Part shown: positions 1 to 8,966 of the stretch, piece by piece | Layout of the letters: every line of letters begins with the position of its first letter | Position numbering within the stretch: the first letter of the stretch is position 1 | Source of the DNA: an uncultured delta proteobacterium | GTDB taxonomy: Bacteria > Myxococcota > Myxococcia > Myxococcales > Myxococcaceae | Direction of reading: 5' to 3' | Length of the DNA stretch: 64,000 nucleotides | NCBI GenBank assembly: GCA_963776345.1 | Contig: CAVZMH010000001.1 | Span: 64,001-128,000 of the forward strand | The notes under the pieces: model-generated | Seen by the model: the letters and a program-made list of their open reading frames with translations, nothing else | The model's database searches: none | Told to the model about the DNA's origin: nothing | Made by a program: the position numbers and the translations under genes

Positions 1-1116
1 CTGCGCGGGCTGGTGGAGGTCAACTCCTTCACCGACAACCGCGAGGGCGGGCTCGAGGTCGGCCGCCGGCTCCGGGATCTGTTGGCCCTGCCCGGGGTCG
101 AGGGCTCGCCGGTCCCGAGCACGCGGTACGCCGACCACTGGGTGTTCCGCACGGCGGGGAACCCACGGCTCCAGCCGGTCGCGCTCCTCGGGCACCTGGA
201 CACCGTCTTCCCGCCCGGGGCGTTCGAGGGCTACCGGGTGGACGGCGCGCTCCGGCGCGGCCCGGGTGTCCTGGACATGAAGGGCGGCCTGGTGGTGGTG
301 GCGTTCGCGCTCCGGGGTCTCGCCGAGAGCTACCCGGGGGGGCTGGCTGCGCTCCCGCCGCTGCGGCTGGTCGTGGTGTCGGACGAGGAGGTGGGCTCGC
401 CCGAGGGCGCGGGCGTCATCCGGGAGGCGATCGCCGGCAGCGCCGCGGCGCTGGTCTTCGAGTCCGGGCGCGCCGAGGACGCGATCATCACCCGCCGGAA
501 GGGCACCGGCGCAGTCACCGCCGTGGCGCACGGAAGGGCCGCCCATGCCGGCAACCACCATGCCGACGGGAAGAACGCCATCTGGGCGCTGGCGCGGTGG
601 ATCGACGCCGCGCAGCGGCTCACCGACTACGACCGCGGCGTCACGGTGAGCGTGGGAAAGGTCTCCGGCGGCCAGGGGAAGAACACCGTCCCCGACCGCG
701 CCGAGGCTCAGGCCGACATCCGCTACCTCACCCGCGCCGACGGCGAGGCGTTGACCCAGCGGCTCCGCGAGGTGGCCGAGCACGCCGGGGCCGCCGTCCC
801 GGGGACCCGGGTCGAGCTGTCGGGCGGCGTGGGGCGCGAGCCGCTCGAGCGAACGCTGGCGAACGTGGCCCTGATGGAGGAGTACGCCGCGGCGGCGCGC
901 GCCTCCGGGCTCGGGGCCGGCGAGGCCCCGCTCATCGGCGGCGGAAGCGACGCGAGCACCTCGGCGGCGATGGGCATCGCCTCCATCGACGGGCTCGGTC
1001 CCCGGGGGAAGGGCTTCCACACCGTGGACGAGCACATCGAGGTGGAGACGCTGGTGCCCAAGGCCGAGGCGCTGGCGCGGTTCCTCGCCGCCAGGGCCGG
1101 AGCCGGCGGTGGATGA
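1..1116 (+). CDS. M20 family metallopeptidase (glutamate carboxypeptidase-like), 5'-truncated by the window edge
   Basis: Motifs VEVNS, GHLDTV, GPGVLDMKGG, SDEEVGS, GGSDA, DGLGP.G..H..DE. The frame is open from base 1. Confidence 0.9.
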   Translation: MRGLVEVNSFTDNREGGLEVGRRLRDLLALPGVEGSPVPSTRYADHWVFRTAGNPRLQPVALLGHLDTVFPPGAFEGYRVDGALRRGPGVLDMKGGLVVVAFALRGLAESYPGGLAALPPLRLVVVSDEEVGSPEGAGVIREAIAGSAAALVFESGRAEDAIITRRKGTGAVTAVAHGRAAHAGNHHADGKNAIWALARWIDAAQRLTDYDRGVTVSVGKVSGGQGKNTVPDRAEAQADIRYLTRADGEALTQRLREVAEHAGAAVPGTRVELSGGVGREPLERTLANVALMEEYAAAARASGLGAGEAPLIGGGSDASTSAAMGIASIDGLGPRGKGFHTVDEHIEVETLVPKAEALARFLAARAGAGGG

Positions 1117-1435
1117 GGACGCGCCGGTCCCGCTGCCCCTCGACGGCCGGCTGGACCTGCACCTCTTCCACCCTCGCGACGTTCCGGCCCTGCTGGACGC
1201 CTACCTCGCCGCCTGCCGGGCGGCGGGGGTCCTCCGCCTGGAGATCGTCCACGGGAAGGGGACCGGCGCGCTCGGGCGGCGCGTCCGGGCGCTGCTGGAG
1301 GGGCGCGAGGACGTCCTCCACCACGCCCTGGCGGACGAGGGCCGGGGTGGGTGGGGAGTCACCCTGGTCAGTCTGAGAGCCTTGCCGGGGAGAGGTCCCG
1401 GGGACCCCTCGCCAGGCGGCCCGGAGTCCGGCTAG
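1109..1435 (+). CDS. Stand-alone Smr/MutS2 C-terminal domain protein
   Basis: LDLH, IVHGKGTG and GGWGVT Smr signatures; overlaps the upstream stop. Confidence 0.88.
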   Translation: MDEDAPVPLPLDGRLDLHLFHPRDVPALLDAYLAACRAAGVLRLEIVHGKGTGALGRRVRALLEGREDVLHHALADEGRGGWGVTLVSLRALPGRGPGDPSPGGPESG

Positions 1436-1449
1436 GAAGACACCCCATC

Positions 1450-1869
1450 GTGGCCCACGCAGCCCCGCTCACCGTGATGGTGGTCGACGACCAGGCCCTG
1501 TTCCGCCGGTCGCTCCAGGACCGGCTGCGCTCGGACGGGTACGACGTGGTGGGAGCCGAGAACGGCGCCGAGGCGCTGGAGCTGCTCGAGGCCGCCCCGG
1601 GCCCCTGCGTCGTCCTGCTCGATCTCATGATGCCGGTGATGAACGGGATCGACTTCCTGCACGCGCTCGATCGCCGGCCCGAGGCGGCCCACGTCCGGGT
1701 GATGCTCGTCTCCGGCCACGGGGTGCTCGAGCGCGTGGCGCTCGACTCGCCGCGCATCGTCGCCCGGCTCCAGAAGCCGCTGGAGATGACCGAGCTGCGG
1801 AGCGCGCTGGAGACCCAGCTCGGGCCGGCCCCCTGGCACGGGCACGGGCCCGGGCGCCCGGTGCACTGA
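1450..1869 (+). CDS. Single-domain response regulator (receiver)
   Basis: VMVVDD, LLDLMMPVMNG, KP motifs. Start uncertain (GTG 1450 or ATG 1477). Confidence 0.88.
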   Translation: MAHAAPLTVMVVDDQALFRRSLQDRLRSDGYDVVGAENGAEALELLEAAPGPCVVLLDLMMPVMNGIDFLHALDRRPEAAHVRVMLVSGHGVLERVALDSPRIVARLQKPLEMTELRSALETQLGPAPWHGHGPGRPVH

Positions 1870-1872
1870 CGA

Positions 1873-2463
1873 TCAGCCGGTGAGGTGGCTCACGTCGTTC
1901 CAGAGCCACACCGCCTCCGAGGCGTGCTCGCGGCCGAGCACGCTCACCGAGGCGGTGGTGAGCGCGAGCCGCTCGCCGAAGGAGGGGGGCGCCTGGATCC
2001 AGCGGGCCGCCAGCACCCTCAGCACGTGTCCGTGCGCGAAGAGCACGACGTCCCCCTCGATACCGCGGACCTCCGAGAGCACCCGGTCCACGCGCACGCC
2101 GACCTGCTCGGCCGTCTCGCCCTGCGGGCAGCCGTCGCGCCAGAGGTTCCACTCCGGCCGCTCGTGGAGGATCTCCGTCCGGGTTCGGCCCTCGTAGGCC
2201 CCGTAGTCCCACTCCATGAGGTCCGGGCGCAGCTCGGCCCGGTCCCCCAGGCCGGCGAGCGCGCAGGTGTCACGGGCCCGTGACAGCGGGCTGACGAGGA
2301 CCCGGGTGAAGGGCCAGGCCAGCAGCCGGTGCCGGAGGAGCTCGGCCTCCCGCCGACCCTGCGGGTTCAGCGGGAGGTCCTGTCTCCCGGTGTGCTGCTT
2401 GGACTTGCTCCAGTCGGTCTCCCCGTGGCGGACCAGCACCACCACCCGGCTCGTCTGCGACAT
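1873..2463 (-). CDS. Histidine phosphatase (phosphoglycerate mutase family)
   Basis: RHGETDWS, HTGR.DLPL, EWDYG.YEG, AHGH. ATG at 2463 rather than the longer ORF-track start. Confidence 0.92.
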   Translation of the reverse strand: MSQTSRVVVLVRHGETDWSKSKQHTGRQDLPLNPQGRREAELLRHRLLAWPFTRVLVSPLSRARDTCALAGLGDRAELRPDLMEWDYGAYEGRTRTEILHERPEWNLWRDGCPQGETAEQVGVRVDRVLSEVRGIEGDVVLFAHGHVLRVLAARWIQAPPSFGERLALTTASVSVLGREHASEAVWLWNDVSHLTG

Positions 2464-2550
2464 GCGGTCTCCCCGCGCCCCGGTCCGTGAAGGCGTCCGT
2501 TGACGCACCATAGAGCGGGCGTTCGCCCGAGCGGTTAATATGCGCCGCCC

Positions 2551-3093
2551 ATGGAGACCCTGGTTCTCAGCACGGGGTACGAGCCAGTTGCCCGCGTCCC
2601 GTGGCAGCGGGCGATCAATCTCTTGTTCCTCGGCAAGGTGGAGGTGGTCGAGGAGTACGAGGACCGTCTCATCCGCTCGGTGACCTTCGCGGTCAAGATG
2701 CCGTCGGTCATCCGTTTCCTGCGTGCGGTGCGCAACCGCAAGCGGGCCATCAAGTTCAGCCGCGAGAACGTCTACGCCCGCGACCACGGGAAGTGCCAGT
2801 ACTGCGCCGAGCGGGTCAGCCGGCAGGACGCCACGTACGATCACGTCGTCCCACGCGCCCAGGGAGGCCACACCACCTGGGAGAACGTCGTCATCTGCTG
2901 CTTCGGCTGCAACCAGCGGAAGGGCGGACGCACGCCCACGCAGGCCGGGATGGGCCTGCTCAGCATGCCGGTGAAGCCGAAGAAGCTCCCCGAGACGTTC
3001 CACCTGACCTTCACCTACGAGCCGGGGATGCCGCTGTCCTGGCGGAAGTTCCTCCGGGACGTGGCCTACTGGCACGGCGAGCTCGAGGACTGA
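2551..3093 (+). CDS. HNH endonuclease (CxxC..DH..CxxCN type)
   Basis: LVLSTGYEP N-terminus, FSRENVYARD..CQYC, TYDHVVPRAQGG..TWENVV.CC..CN..KG. Confidence 0.92.
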   Translation: METLVLSTGYEPVARVPWQRAINLLFLGKVEVVEEYEDRLIRSVTFAVKMPSVIRFLRAVRNRKRAIKFSRENVYARDHGKCQYCAERVSRQDATYDHVVPRAQGGHTTWENVVICCFGCNQRKGGRTPTQAGMGLLSMPVKPKKLPETFHLTFTYEPGMPLSWRKFLRDVAYWHGELED

Positions 3094-3719
3094 TCGCCCG
3101 CGCCCCCGGGGCGCTGGTCCGGGGCTGGTCCAGGCTCCCGCCGCCGGTGCGACGGGGTCTGGGCCGGGCGGCGCTCCTCGCGGGCGTGGTGCTGGCGCTG
3201 GTCAACGGCGCGGTGAACGCCATCGGGGGAGCGGAGGTGTTCCTCCTGTCGCCGGTGCACGTCCGGGCCCGGGTCCGGGCGCTCGGACTCTACGCGCTGC
3301 ACCGGCCGCGGTGCGCGTTCCGGGCGCACCCGCCGCTGCCTCCGCTGATCTCCGCGGCCGAGCGACGCCACGGGCTCCCCCCGGGGCTGCTCGAGTCCCT
3401 GGTGGAGGTGGAGAGCGGGCTCAGGGTCCACGCCATCTCCGGAGCGGGCGCGGTGGGCCCGGGCCAGCTGCTCCCGTCCACCGCCCGCCTGCTGGGGGTG
3501 GGCGACCCCTTCGACTCGGGGGAGAACGTGGAGGGGAGCGCGCGGTACCTGGCGGACCAGCTTCGCCGGTTCCGCTCCATCCGCCTGGCGGTCGCCGCCT
3601 ACAACGCGGGCCCCGGCACCGTGGCGGGCGGGGCGCCCTGGCCGGACGAGACCCGCGCCTACGTGGACCAGGTCACCGAGCGCTACGCACGGCGTCGGCG
3701 CATCCAGGCCCAGCGCTGA
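3090..3719 (+). CDS. Lytic transglycosylase (SLT domain) with N-terminal membrane anchor
   Basis: VEVESG, GAVGPGQLLP.TA, AAYNAGPG, ETRAYV motifs. Start uncertain (CTG 3090 overlapping the HNH stop, or GTG 3147). Confidence 0.85.
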   Translation: MIARAPGALVRGWSRLPPPVRRGLGRAALLAGVVLALVNGAVNAIGGAEVFLLSPVHVRARVRALGLYALHRPRCAFRAHPPLPPLISAAERRHGLPPGLLESLVEVESGLRVHAISGAGAVGPGQLLPSTARLLGVGDPFDSGENVEGSARYLADQLRRFRSIRLAVAAYNAGPGTVAGGAPWPDETRAYVDQVTERYARRRRIQAQR

Positions 3720-3723
3720 GCCT

Positions 3724-3779
3724 GGACGCGCCGCGCCCCTGCGCGGCTCCGCGAGCGTCCCCCTGGTGCGGGGGGCTGA
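3724..3779. repeat. Dispersed structured repeat, copy 1 (REP-like)
   Basis: 25-bp GCGTCCCCCTGGTGCGGGGGGCTGA (3755-3779) is identical to 22911-22935; similar hairpin upstream. Confidence 0.8.
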
Positions 3780-3842
3780 CGGCGAGGCGCCCGGAATGCG
3801 TGCGCGGCCGGTCCGGTGGGGCTAGGAAGGCGGGCTTCCCGC

Positions 3843-4592
3843 ATGGTGCTGACCCGGCAGCAGCAGCTCTACACGTACCTCAGCGGCATCTTCGTCGCGG
3901 CGCTGCTGCTCGGCGACCTCACGGGCGGCAAGGCCTTCTCGGTCGAGGTGCACCTCTTCGGCCTCCGCTACCACCAGCCAGTCTCGGTCGGGCTCTTCGC
4001 CTTCCCGGTGACCTTCCTCCTGACCGACATCGTCAACGAGTTCTACGGGACGAAGGGGGCCCGCTTCCTCACCCTGCTGGGGATGTGGATGGCGGTCTTC
4101 GCCTTCGTGGTGCTGAACGTCTCGCAGCTGCCCTCGGCAGACCCCAACAGCTATTACACCGACGCCGAGTTCAACAAGGTGTTCGGCGTCGGCGGCAAGC
4201 TCTTCGTCGCCTCGATCATCGCCTACCTCTGTGGACAGTTCCTCGACATCCACATCTTCGCGTTCTGGAAAGCGCTGACCCAGTCGCGCCACCTGTGGCT
4301 CAGGGCGACCGGCTCCACCATCGCCAGTCAGGTGGTGGACACCTTCGTCATCAACTACCTCTTCTGGTACGTCTTCCCCTCGGTGGGGAACGCCCAGCCC
4401 CGGCCCCTGGGGTGGGTCACCAGCAAATCGGTCGGCGAGTACCTCATCAAGCTGGTCATCGCCATCGGGCTCACCCCGGCCATCTACGCGCTGCACGAGC
4501 TGGTGGTCCGGCGGCTCGGCATCCACCCCCAGCCCCACGCCCCACCGCCGAAGTCCGTGCCCTCGCACGCCCCCTCCGGTGGGGCCGGGTAG
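3843..4592 (+). CDS. yhhQ: Queuosine precursor transporter (YhhQ/VUT family)
   Basis: FPVTFLLTDIVNEFYG, ASIIAYLCGQFLDI, WLRATGST..SQ..DT motifs; multi-TM. Confidence 0.9.
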   Translation: MVLTRQQQLYTYLSGIFVAALLLGDLTGGKAFSVEVHLFGLRYHQPVSVGLFAFPVTFLLTDIVNEFYGTKGARFLTLLGMWMAVFAFVVLNVSQLPSADPNSYYTDAEFNKVFGVGGKLFVASIIAYLCGQFLDIHIFAFWKALTQSRHLWLRATGSTIASQVVDTFVINYLFWYVFPSVGNAQPRPLGWVTSKSVGEYLIKLVIAIGLTPAIYALHELVVRRLGIHPQPHAPPPKSVPSHAPSGGAG

Positions 4593-4643
4593 GTCCACCG
4601 GGGGTTGACGTCTCACGCGAGCGGGGAGCACGGTGAGACGACC

Positions 4644-5006
4644 ATGTCTGATGGCCCAATCCTGATCGTCGACGACGACGCATTCGTCCGGACGCTGCTC
4701 CGGGAGATGCTCGCCGACCAGGGGCACCCCCTGCGCGAGGCCGAGAACGGGCAGCAGGCGCTGAGCCTGGACGGTCCGGCGCCGAGTGTCGTGCTGCTGG
4801 ATCTCCTGATGCCGCAGATGAGCGGGATGGAGGCCCTGGCGCGGATCCGCGATCGCTGGCCCACCACCCCGGTGCTGGTCATCAGCTCGATGGACAGCGA
4901 TCGGCTGGTGGAGGAGGCGCTCCAGGCCGGCGCCTCGGGGTACATCACCAAGCCGTTCCACCCCGTGGAGATCGCCTCCGCGGTCGAGCGTGCGCTGGCC
5001 GCCTGA
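4644..5006 (+). CDS. Single-domain response regulator (CheY-like)
   Basis: ILIVDDD, LLDLLMPQMSG, GASGYITKPF. Confidence 0.92.
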   Translation: MSDGPILIVDDDAFVRTLLREMLADQGHPLREAENGQQALSLDGPAPSVVLLDLLMPQMSGMEALARIRDRWPTTPVLVISSMDSDRLVEEALQAGASGYITKPFHPVEIASAVERALAA

Positions 5007-5023
5007 GGACGCTAGACCGGACA

Positions 5024-6019
5024 ATGCCCGAGTACTGGATCGGAGACGCGGAAGGACGGGTGCTCGGGCCGGTGAGCCTGGACGTGGTCCAGGACCTGGT
5101 GAACACCGGCCGCCTCACCGAGATCACCCAGGTCTCGCGCGACGGCCGCAACTGGGGCGTGCCGGCCTCGTTCCCCGAGGTGATGGCGCTCCTCCTCAAC
5201 GCGCCCTCGCCCGAGGCGCTGCTCCAGTCCGAGCGGCACGAGGCGGCGCGGGTCCGCGAGCAGCTGCAGGCGATGCACGGCCGCCCGCCGCACGAGATCT
5301 TCCGGCTCGGCCGCAGCGCCTCGGTCGATGCCTACCGCAACGCCTTCTTCAAGCTGGTGAAGCGCTTCTACCCGGACCGGGTGCGGTCCCAGGCGCACCC
5401 CGACCTGCGCAAGGCGTACGCCGACGCGTTCCAGTTCCTCAGCCGGCTGATGGTGCACATCGAGCGTGAGCTGGCGGAGGGGGGCGCGGTCTCGCCGCTC
5501 CCGGTGGTCCGGGCCGTTCCCCCGCCCCCGGTGGACGACGAGCCGCTGACGCCGTTCCGCACGTCGCCGCCGCAGCCCGGGCGCCCGCTGACCGTCGTTC
5601 CGCGGAGCCTGACGCCCCCGCCCCGGCCGGGGCCGCTGCCCACGCCGGCGCACCAGGGACACTACAGCTACAAGCCGCACGAGTTCGTGGGCTTCGAGCG
5701 GCAGGGGGACCGGGTCGAGGTGACCATCCGCGTCACCGCCCGGAACAGCCGGATGTTCACCGAGCATCCCCTGGCCAACCTCAAGACCGACGGCTTCTTC
5801 CTGGCCTGCGCCAAGGCGCTGCCTCTCGGGACGCTGGTGGACGTCATCTTCCGCTTCGAGGAGGAGCACCGCGAGGTCCGCTCGCGCGGCCGGGTCATCC
5901 TCGAGAACACCGGCGGGGACCCCAGCAGGCCCACCGGCTTCGGCGTCCGCTTCATCACCCTGGTCGACCAGGACCGCCGCTTCATGCAGCAGTTCGTGGA
6001 CCGGGCCGCGGTGCGCTGA
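5024..6019 (+). CDS. GYF_2-like / degenerate J-domain / PilZ multidomain protein
   Basis: N-term W...GPVS..(W); central 'HEIFRL...YRNAFFKLVKRFYPDR'; Pro-rich linker; C-term RQGDR..NLKTDGFF..GFGVRF. Confidence 0.75.
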   Translation: MPEYWIGDAEGRVLGPVSLDVVQDLVNTGRLTEITQVSRDGRNWGVPASFPEVMALLLNAPSPEALLQSERHEAARVREQLQAMHGRPPHEIFRLGRSASVDAYRNAFFKLVKRFYPDRVRSQAHPDLRKAYADAFQFLSRLMVHIERELAEGGAVSPLPVVRAVPPPPVDDEPLTPFRTSPPQPGRPLTVVPRSLTPPPRPGPLPTPAHQGHYSYKPHEFVGFERQGDRVEVTIRVTARNSRMFTEHPLANLKTDGFFLACAKALPLGTLVDVIFRFEEEHREVRSRGRVILENTGGDPSRPTGFGVRFITLVDQDRRFMQQFVDRAAVR

Positions 6020-6064
6020 CCGCGCTAGTCTCCAGGCCCTCCGTTCGAGGAGAGGAGGCGCGCC

Positions 6065-6658
6065 ATGTGGGACCAGCGGTACTCCGAACCAGGGTATGCC
6101 TACGGGACGGAACCGAACGACTTCCTGGTCGCCTCGGCCCGGCGTTACCTGCCGGCCGGCGGCGAGCTCGTCTCCCTCGGCGAGGGAGAGGGCCGGAACG
6201 CGGTCTACCTCGCGGGGCTCGGCTTCCGGGTGACCGCGGTCGATGGCTCCCGGGTCGCGATGGAGAAGGCGAGGGCCCTCGCCGCCCGGCGCGGGGTGAG
6301 CATCGAGACCGTGGTGGCGGACCTCGCCGAGCATCCGCTGGGGCACGCCCGGTGGGACGGCATCGTCTCCATCTGGTGCCACACACCCTCGGAGCTGCGG
6401 AGACGGCTGCACCGCTCCGTCGTGGAGGCGCTCCGCCCCGGCGGCATCTTCATCCTCGAGTCGTACACCCCGGACCAGCTCCGGTACGAGACCGGGGGGC
6501 CGCGCTCGGCGGATCTGCTCCTCTCCCTCGCCACGGCGCGCGAGGAGCTCGCCGGGCTGGAGCTCCTCGTCGCCGAGGAGAAGCTCCGGGACGTGCAGGA
6601 GGGGACGCACCACCACGGCACGAGCGCGGTGCTCCAGCTCGTCGCCCGGAAGCCCTGA
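6065..6658 (+). CDS. Class I SAM-dependent methyltransferase (TehB-like)
   Basis: WDQRY...YAYGTEPNDFL, LGEGEGRNAVYLA, LRPGG; strong SD GAGGAGG. Confidence 0.92.
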   Translation: MWDQRYSEPGYAYGTEPNDFLVASARRYLPAGGELVSLGEGEGRNAVYLAGLGFRVTAVDGSRVAMEKARALAARRGVSIETVVADLAEHPLGHARWDGIVSIWCHTPSELRRRLHRSVVEALRPGGIFILESYTPDQLRYETGGPRSADLLLSLATAREELAGLELLVAEEKLRDVQEGTHHHGTSAVLQLVARKP

Positions 6659-6750
6659 CCCCGGCCCATCGCCAACGCCGTAGAGTGCGCTCCAGGGTGG
6701 GGCCCCCGAGCGCAGACCATGGAACGCCTCCGGGCCACGGCGCCGGGCCG

Positions 6751-7485
6751 GTGCTCCTGCTGCGCGACGTCGCCCGGAGCTTCGGAGGGCGCCTCGCGAT
6801 CCAGCCGCTCTCGCTCGAGGTCCCGCGCGGCCGGACCACCGTGCTCCTCGGCGAGAGCGGGAGCGGCAAGAGCACCTTGCTCCGCCTGATGGCGGGGCTC
6901 CTCGCGCCGGATTCGGGCGAGGTGCTGTTCGAGGGTGCGCCGGTCACCGCCGGGAGCGGCCCCGCCCTCCGGCGGCGCATGGGGTTCGGGCTCCAGTCGG
7001 GGGGACTCTTCCCGCACCTGACCGCCGCGGAGAACGTCACCCTCCTCGCCCGGGCCCTGCGGCGGCCCGTGGAGTGGCGCGGGCGGAGGCTGGAGCAGCT
7101 CGCCGCGCTGGTCCGGCTCGAGCCGGAGGTGCTCTCGCGCTGGCCGCTCCAGCTCTCGGGTGGCCAGCGCCAGCGGGTCAGCCTGATGCGGGCCCTGATG
7201 CTCGAGCCGGCGGTGCTGCTCTTGGACGAGCCGCTCGGAGCGCTGGACCCGGTCACGCGCGGGGAGCTGCAGCGCGAGCTGCTGCGCGTCTTCCGGGCGC
7301 TGGGGACGACGGCGGTGCTGGTCACCCACGACCTGGAGGAGGCGGCGATGCTCGGGGACCGCGTCGCCCTGCTCCGGGAGGGCGCGCTGGTCCAGGTGGG
7401 TCCGATGGAGGAGCTCGCGGCGCGGCCCGCGGACCCGTGGGTGGCGCGGTTCCTCGCCGGCTGGCGCCGGGGGGCGGCGCAGTGA
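6751..7485 (+). CDS. Osmoprotectant ABC transporter ATP-binding subunit
   Basis: GESGSGKST, LSGGQRQR, LLLDEP, VTHD. Start uncertain. Confidence 0.9.
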   Translation: MLLLRDVARSFGGRLAIQPLSLEVPRGRTTVLLGESGSGKSTLLRLMAGLLAPDSGEVLFEGAPVTAGSGPALRRRMGFGLQSGGLFPHLTAAENVTLLARALRRPVEWRGRRLEQLAALVRLEPEVLSRWPLQLSGGQRQRVSLMRALMLEPAVLLLDEPLGALDPVTRGELQRELLRVFRALGTTAVLVTHDLEEAAMLGDRVALLREGALVQVGPMEELAARPADPWVARFLAGWRRGAAQ

Positions 7486-8966
7486 AGCTCCTCGTTCTCC
7501 TGGCGCTCTCGGCCGCCGGCACGCCGGTCCCGGTGAAGGTGGGAAGCAAGGTCTTCACCGAGTCGGTGATCGTCGGCGAGCTGGCGACGGGGGCGCTCGA
7601 GCGGCGGGGCATCCGGGCCGAGCACGTCCGGGGGCTCGGCGGCACCCGGGTGGTCTGGGACGCGCTGGTCCGCGGCGACGTGGACGTCTACCCCGAGTAC
7701 ACCGGGACGCTGGCCGAGGAGATCTTCGGAGGGCGCGTCCGCCCCGACGCGCTCGGTCCGGCGCTGGCCGCGGCGGGGGTCGAGCTCGGGCCGTCGCTGG
7801 GGTTCGAGGATGGCTACGCGCTCGGGATGCGCGAGGACGTCGCGGCGCGGCTGGGCGTCCGCCGCATCTCGGACCTGCGCGCCCACCCCGACGTCCGCCT
7901 GGGGTTCAGCAACGAGTTCCTCGACCGGGCCGACGGGTGGCGTGCCCTCCAGCGCGCGTACCGGCTCCCGCATCGGGACGTGCGGGGGCTGGACCACGAG
8001 CTCGCCTACCGCGGTCTCCGGGCCGGAGCGCTCGAGGTGGTGGACCTCTACTCCACCGACCCGGAGATCCAGGCCGAGCGCCTGCGGGTCCTCGAGGACG
8101 ACCTGCGGCACTTTCCCGAGTACCGGGCGGTCTTGCTGGTGCGCGCGGATCTCGAGACGCGGGTGCCCGGGGCGCGCGCGGCGCTGGAGACGCTCCGGGA
8201 CCGGATCGACGCTCCGGCGATGATCGCCATGAACGCCCGGGCTCGGCTGGAGCGCGTCCCCGAGCCGGAGGTGGCGGCGGCGTTCCTCCGCGAGCGCCTC
8301 GGCGAGACCGGCGCGCCCCCGGTGGCCCCGGCGCCCGGTCGTGCGCGGCGGATCGCCGCCCGGCTCGGCGAGCACCTGACGCTGGTGGCCGTCTCGCTCG
8401 GGCTCTCGCTCGGGGTCGCCGTGCCGCTCGGGGTCCTCGCCGCCCGCCGCCGCCGGCTGGGGCAGGCGGTCCTCGCCGCGGTGGGGGTGGTGCAGACGGT
8501 TCCCTCGCTCGCGCTCCTGGTGCTGATGATCCCCCTGCTCGGCATCGGGACGCGGCCGGCCATCGCCGCGCTCTTCCTCTACGGGCTGCTCCCCATCGTC
8601 CGGAACACCCACGCCGGTCTGGTGGGCATCGCCCCGGACCTGCGCGAGTCCGCCGACGCGCTCGGCCTCCCGGCGGCGTTCCGTCTGTTCCGGGTGGAGC
8701 TCCCGCTGGCCTCGCCGTCCATCCTCGCCGGGGTGAAGACCTCCGCGGTCATCGCCGTGGGCACGGCCACGCTCGGCGCGCTGGTGGGCGCCGGCGGCTT
8801 CGGCCAGCCGATCCTCACCGGCATCCGGCTCGCCGACACCGGGCTCCTGCTCGAGGGCGCGGTGCCGGCGGCGGCGCTGGCGCTGGTGGTGGAGGCGGCG
8901 TTCGAGGGGGTGGAGCGGCTCGTCGTTCCGCGGGGCCTCCGGCTCCGTCCGGAGCAGCCGGGGTGA
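7482..8966 (+). CDS. Glycine betaine/choline ABC transporter, fused substrate-binding + permease
   Basis: VGSKVFTES, YPEYTGT (OpuAC-like), then QTVPSLALL and PLASPSILAG (permease). GTGA overlap with the ATPase. Confidence 0.92.
   Translation: MKLLVLLALSAAGTPVPVKVGSKVFTESVIVGELATGALERRGIRAEHVRGLGGTRVVWDALVRGDVDVYPEYTGTLAEEIFGGRVRPDALGPALAAAGVELGPSLGFEDGYALGMREDVAARLGVRRISDLRAHPDVRLGFSNEFLDRADGWRALQRAYRLPHRDVRGLDHELAYRGLRAGALEVVDLYSTDPEIQAERLRVLEDDLRHFPEYRAVLLVRADLETRVPGARAALETLRDRIDAPAMIAMNARARLERVPEPEVAAAFLRERLGETGAPPVAPAPGRARRIAARLGEHLTLVAVSLGLSLGVAVPLGVLAARRRRLGQAVLAAVGVVQTVPSLALLVLMIPLLGIGTRPAIAALFLYGLLPIVRNTHAGLVGIAPDLRESADALGLPAAFRLFRVELPLASPSILAGVKTSAVIAVGTATLGALVGAGGFGQPILTGIRLADTGLLLEGAVPAAALALVVEAAFEGVERLVVPRGLRLRPEQPG

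Noticed and set aside
2551..3719. Prophage or IscB/Cas9-like interpretation of HNH + SLT
   Set aside because: HNH is only 180 aa with no RuvC or PLMP motifs; no phage genes, integrase or room for a guide RNA.
3720..3842. preQ1 riboswitch upstream of yhhQ
   Set aside because: No AGAGGUUCUAG-type loop or A-rich tail; the hairpin here recurs at 22879 next to unrelated genes.
6719..6751. ATG at 6719 as start of the ABC ATPase
   Set aside because: Out of frame with the ATPase; an in-frame GTG at 6751 suffices.
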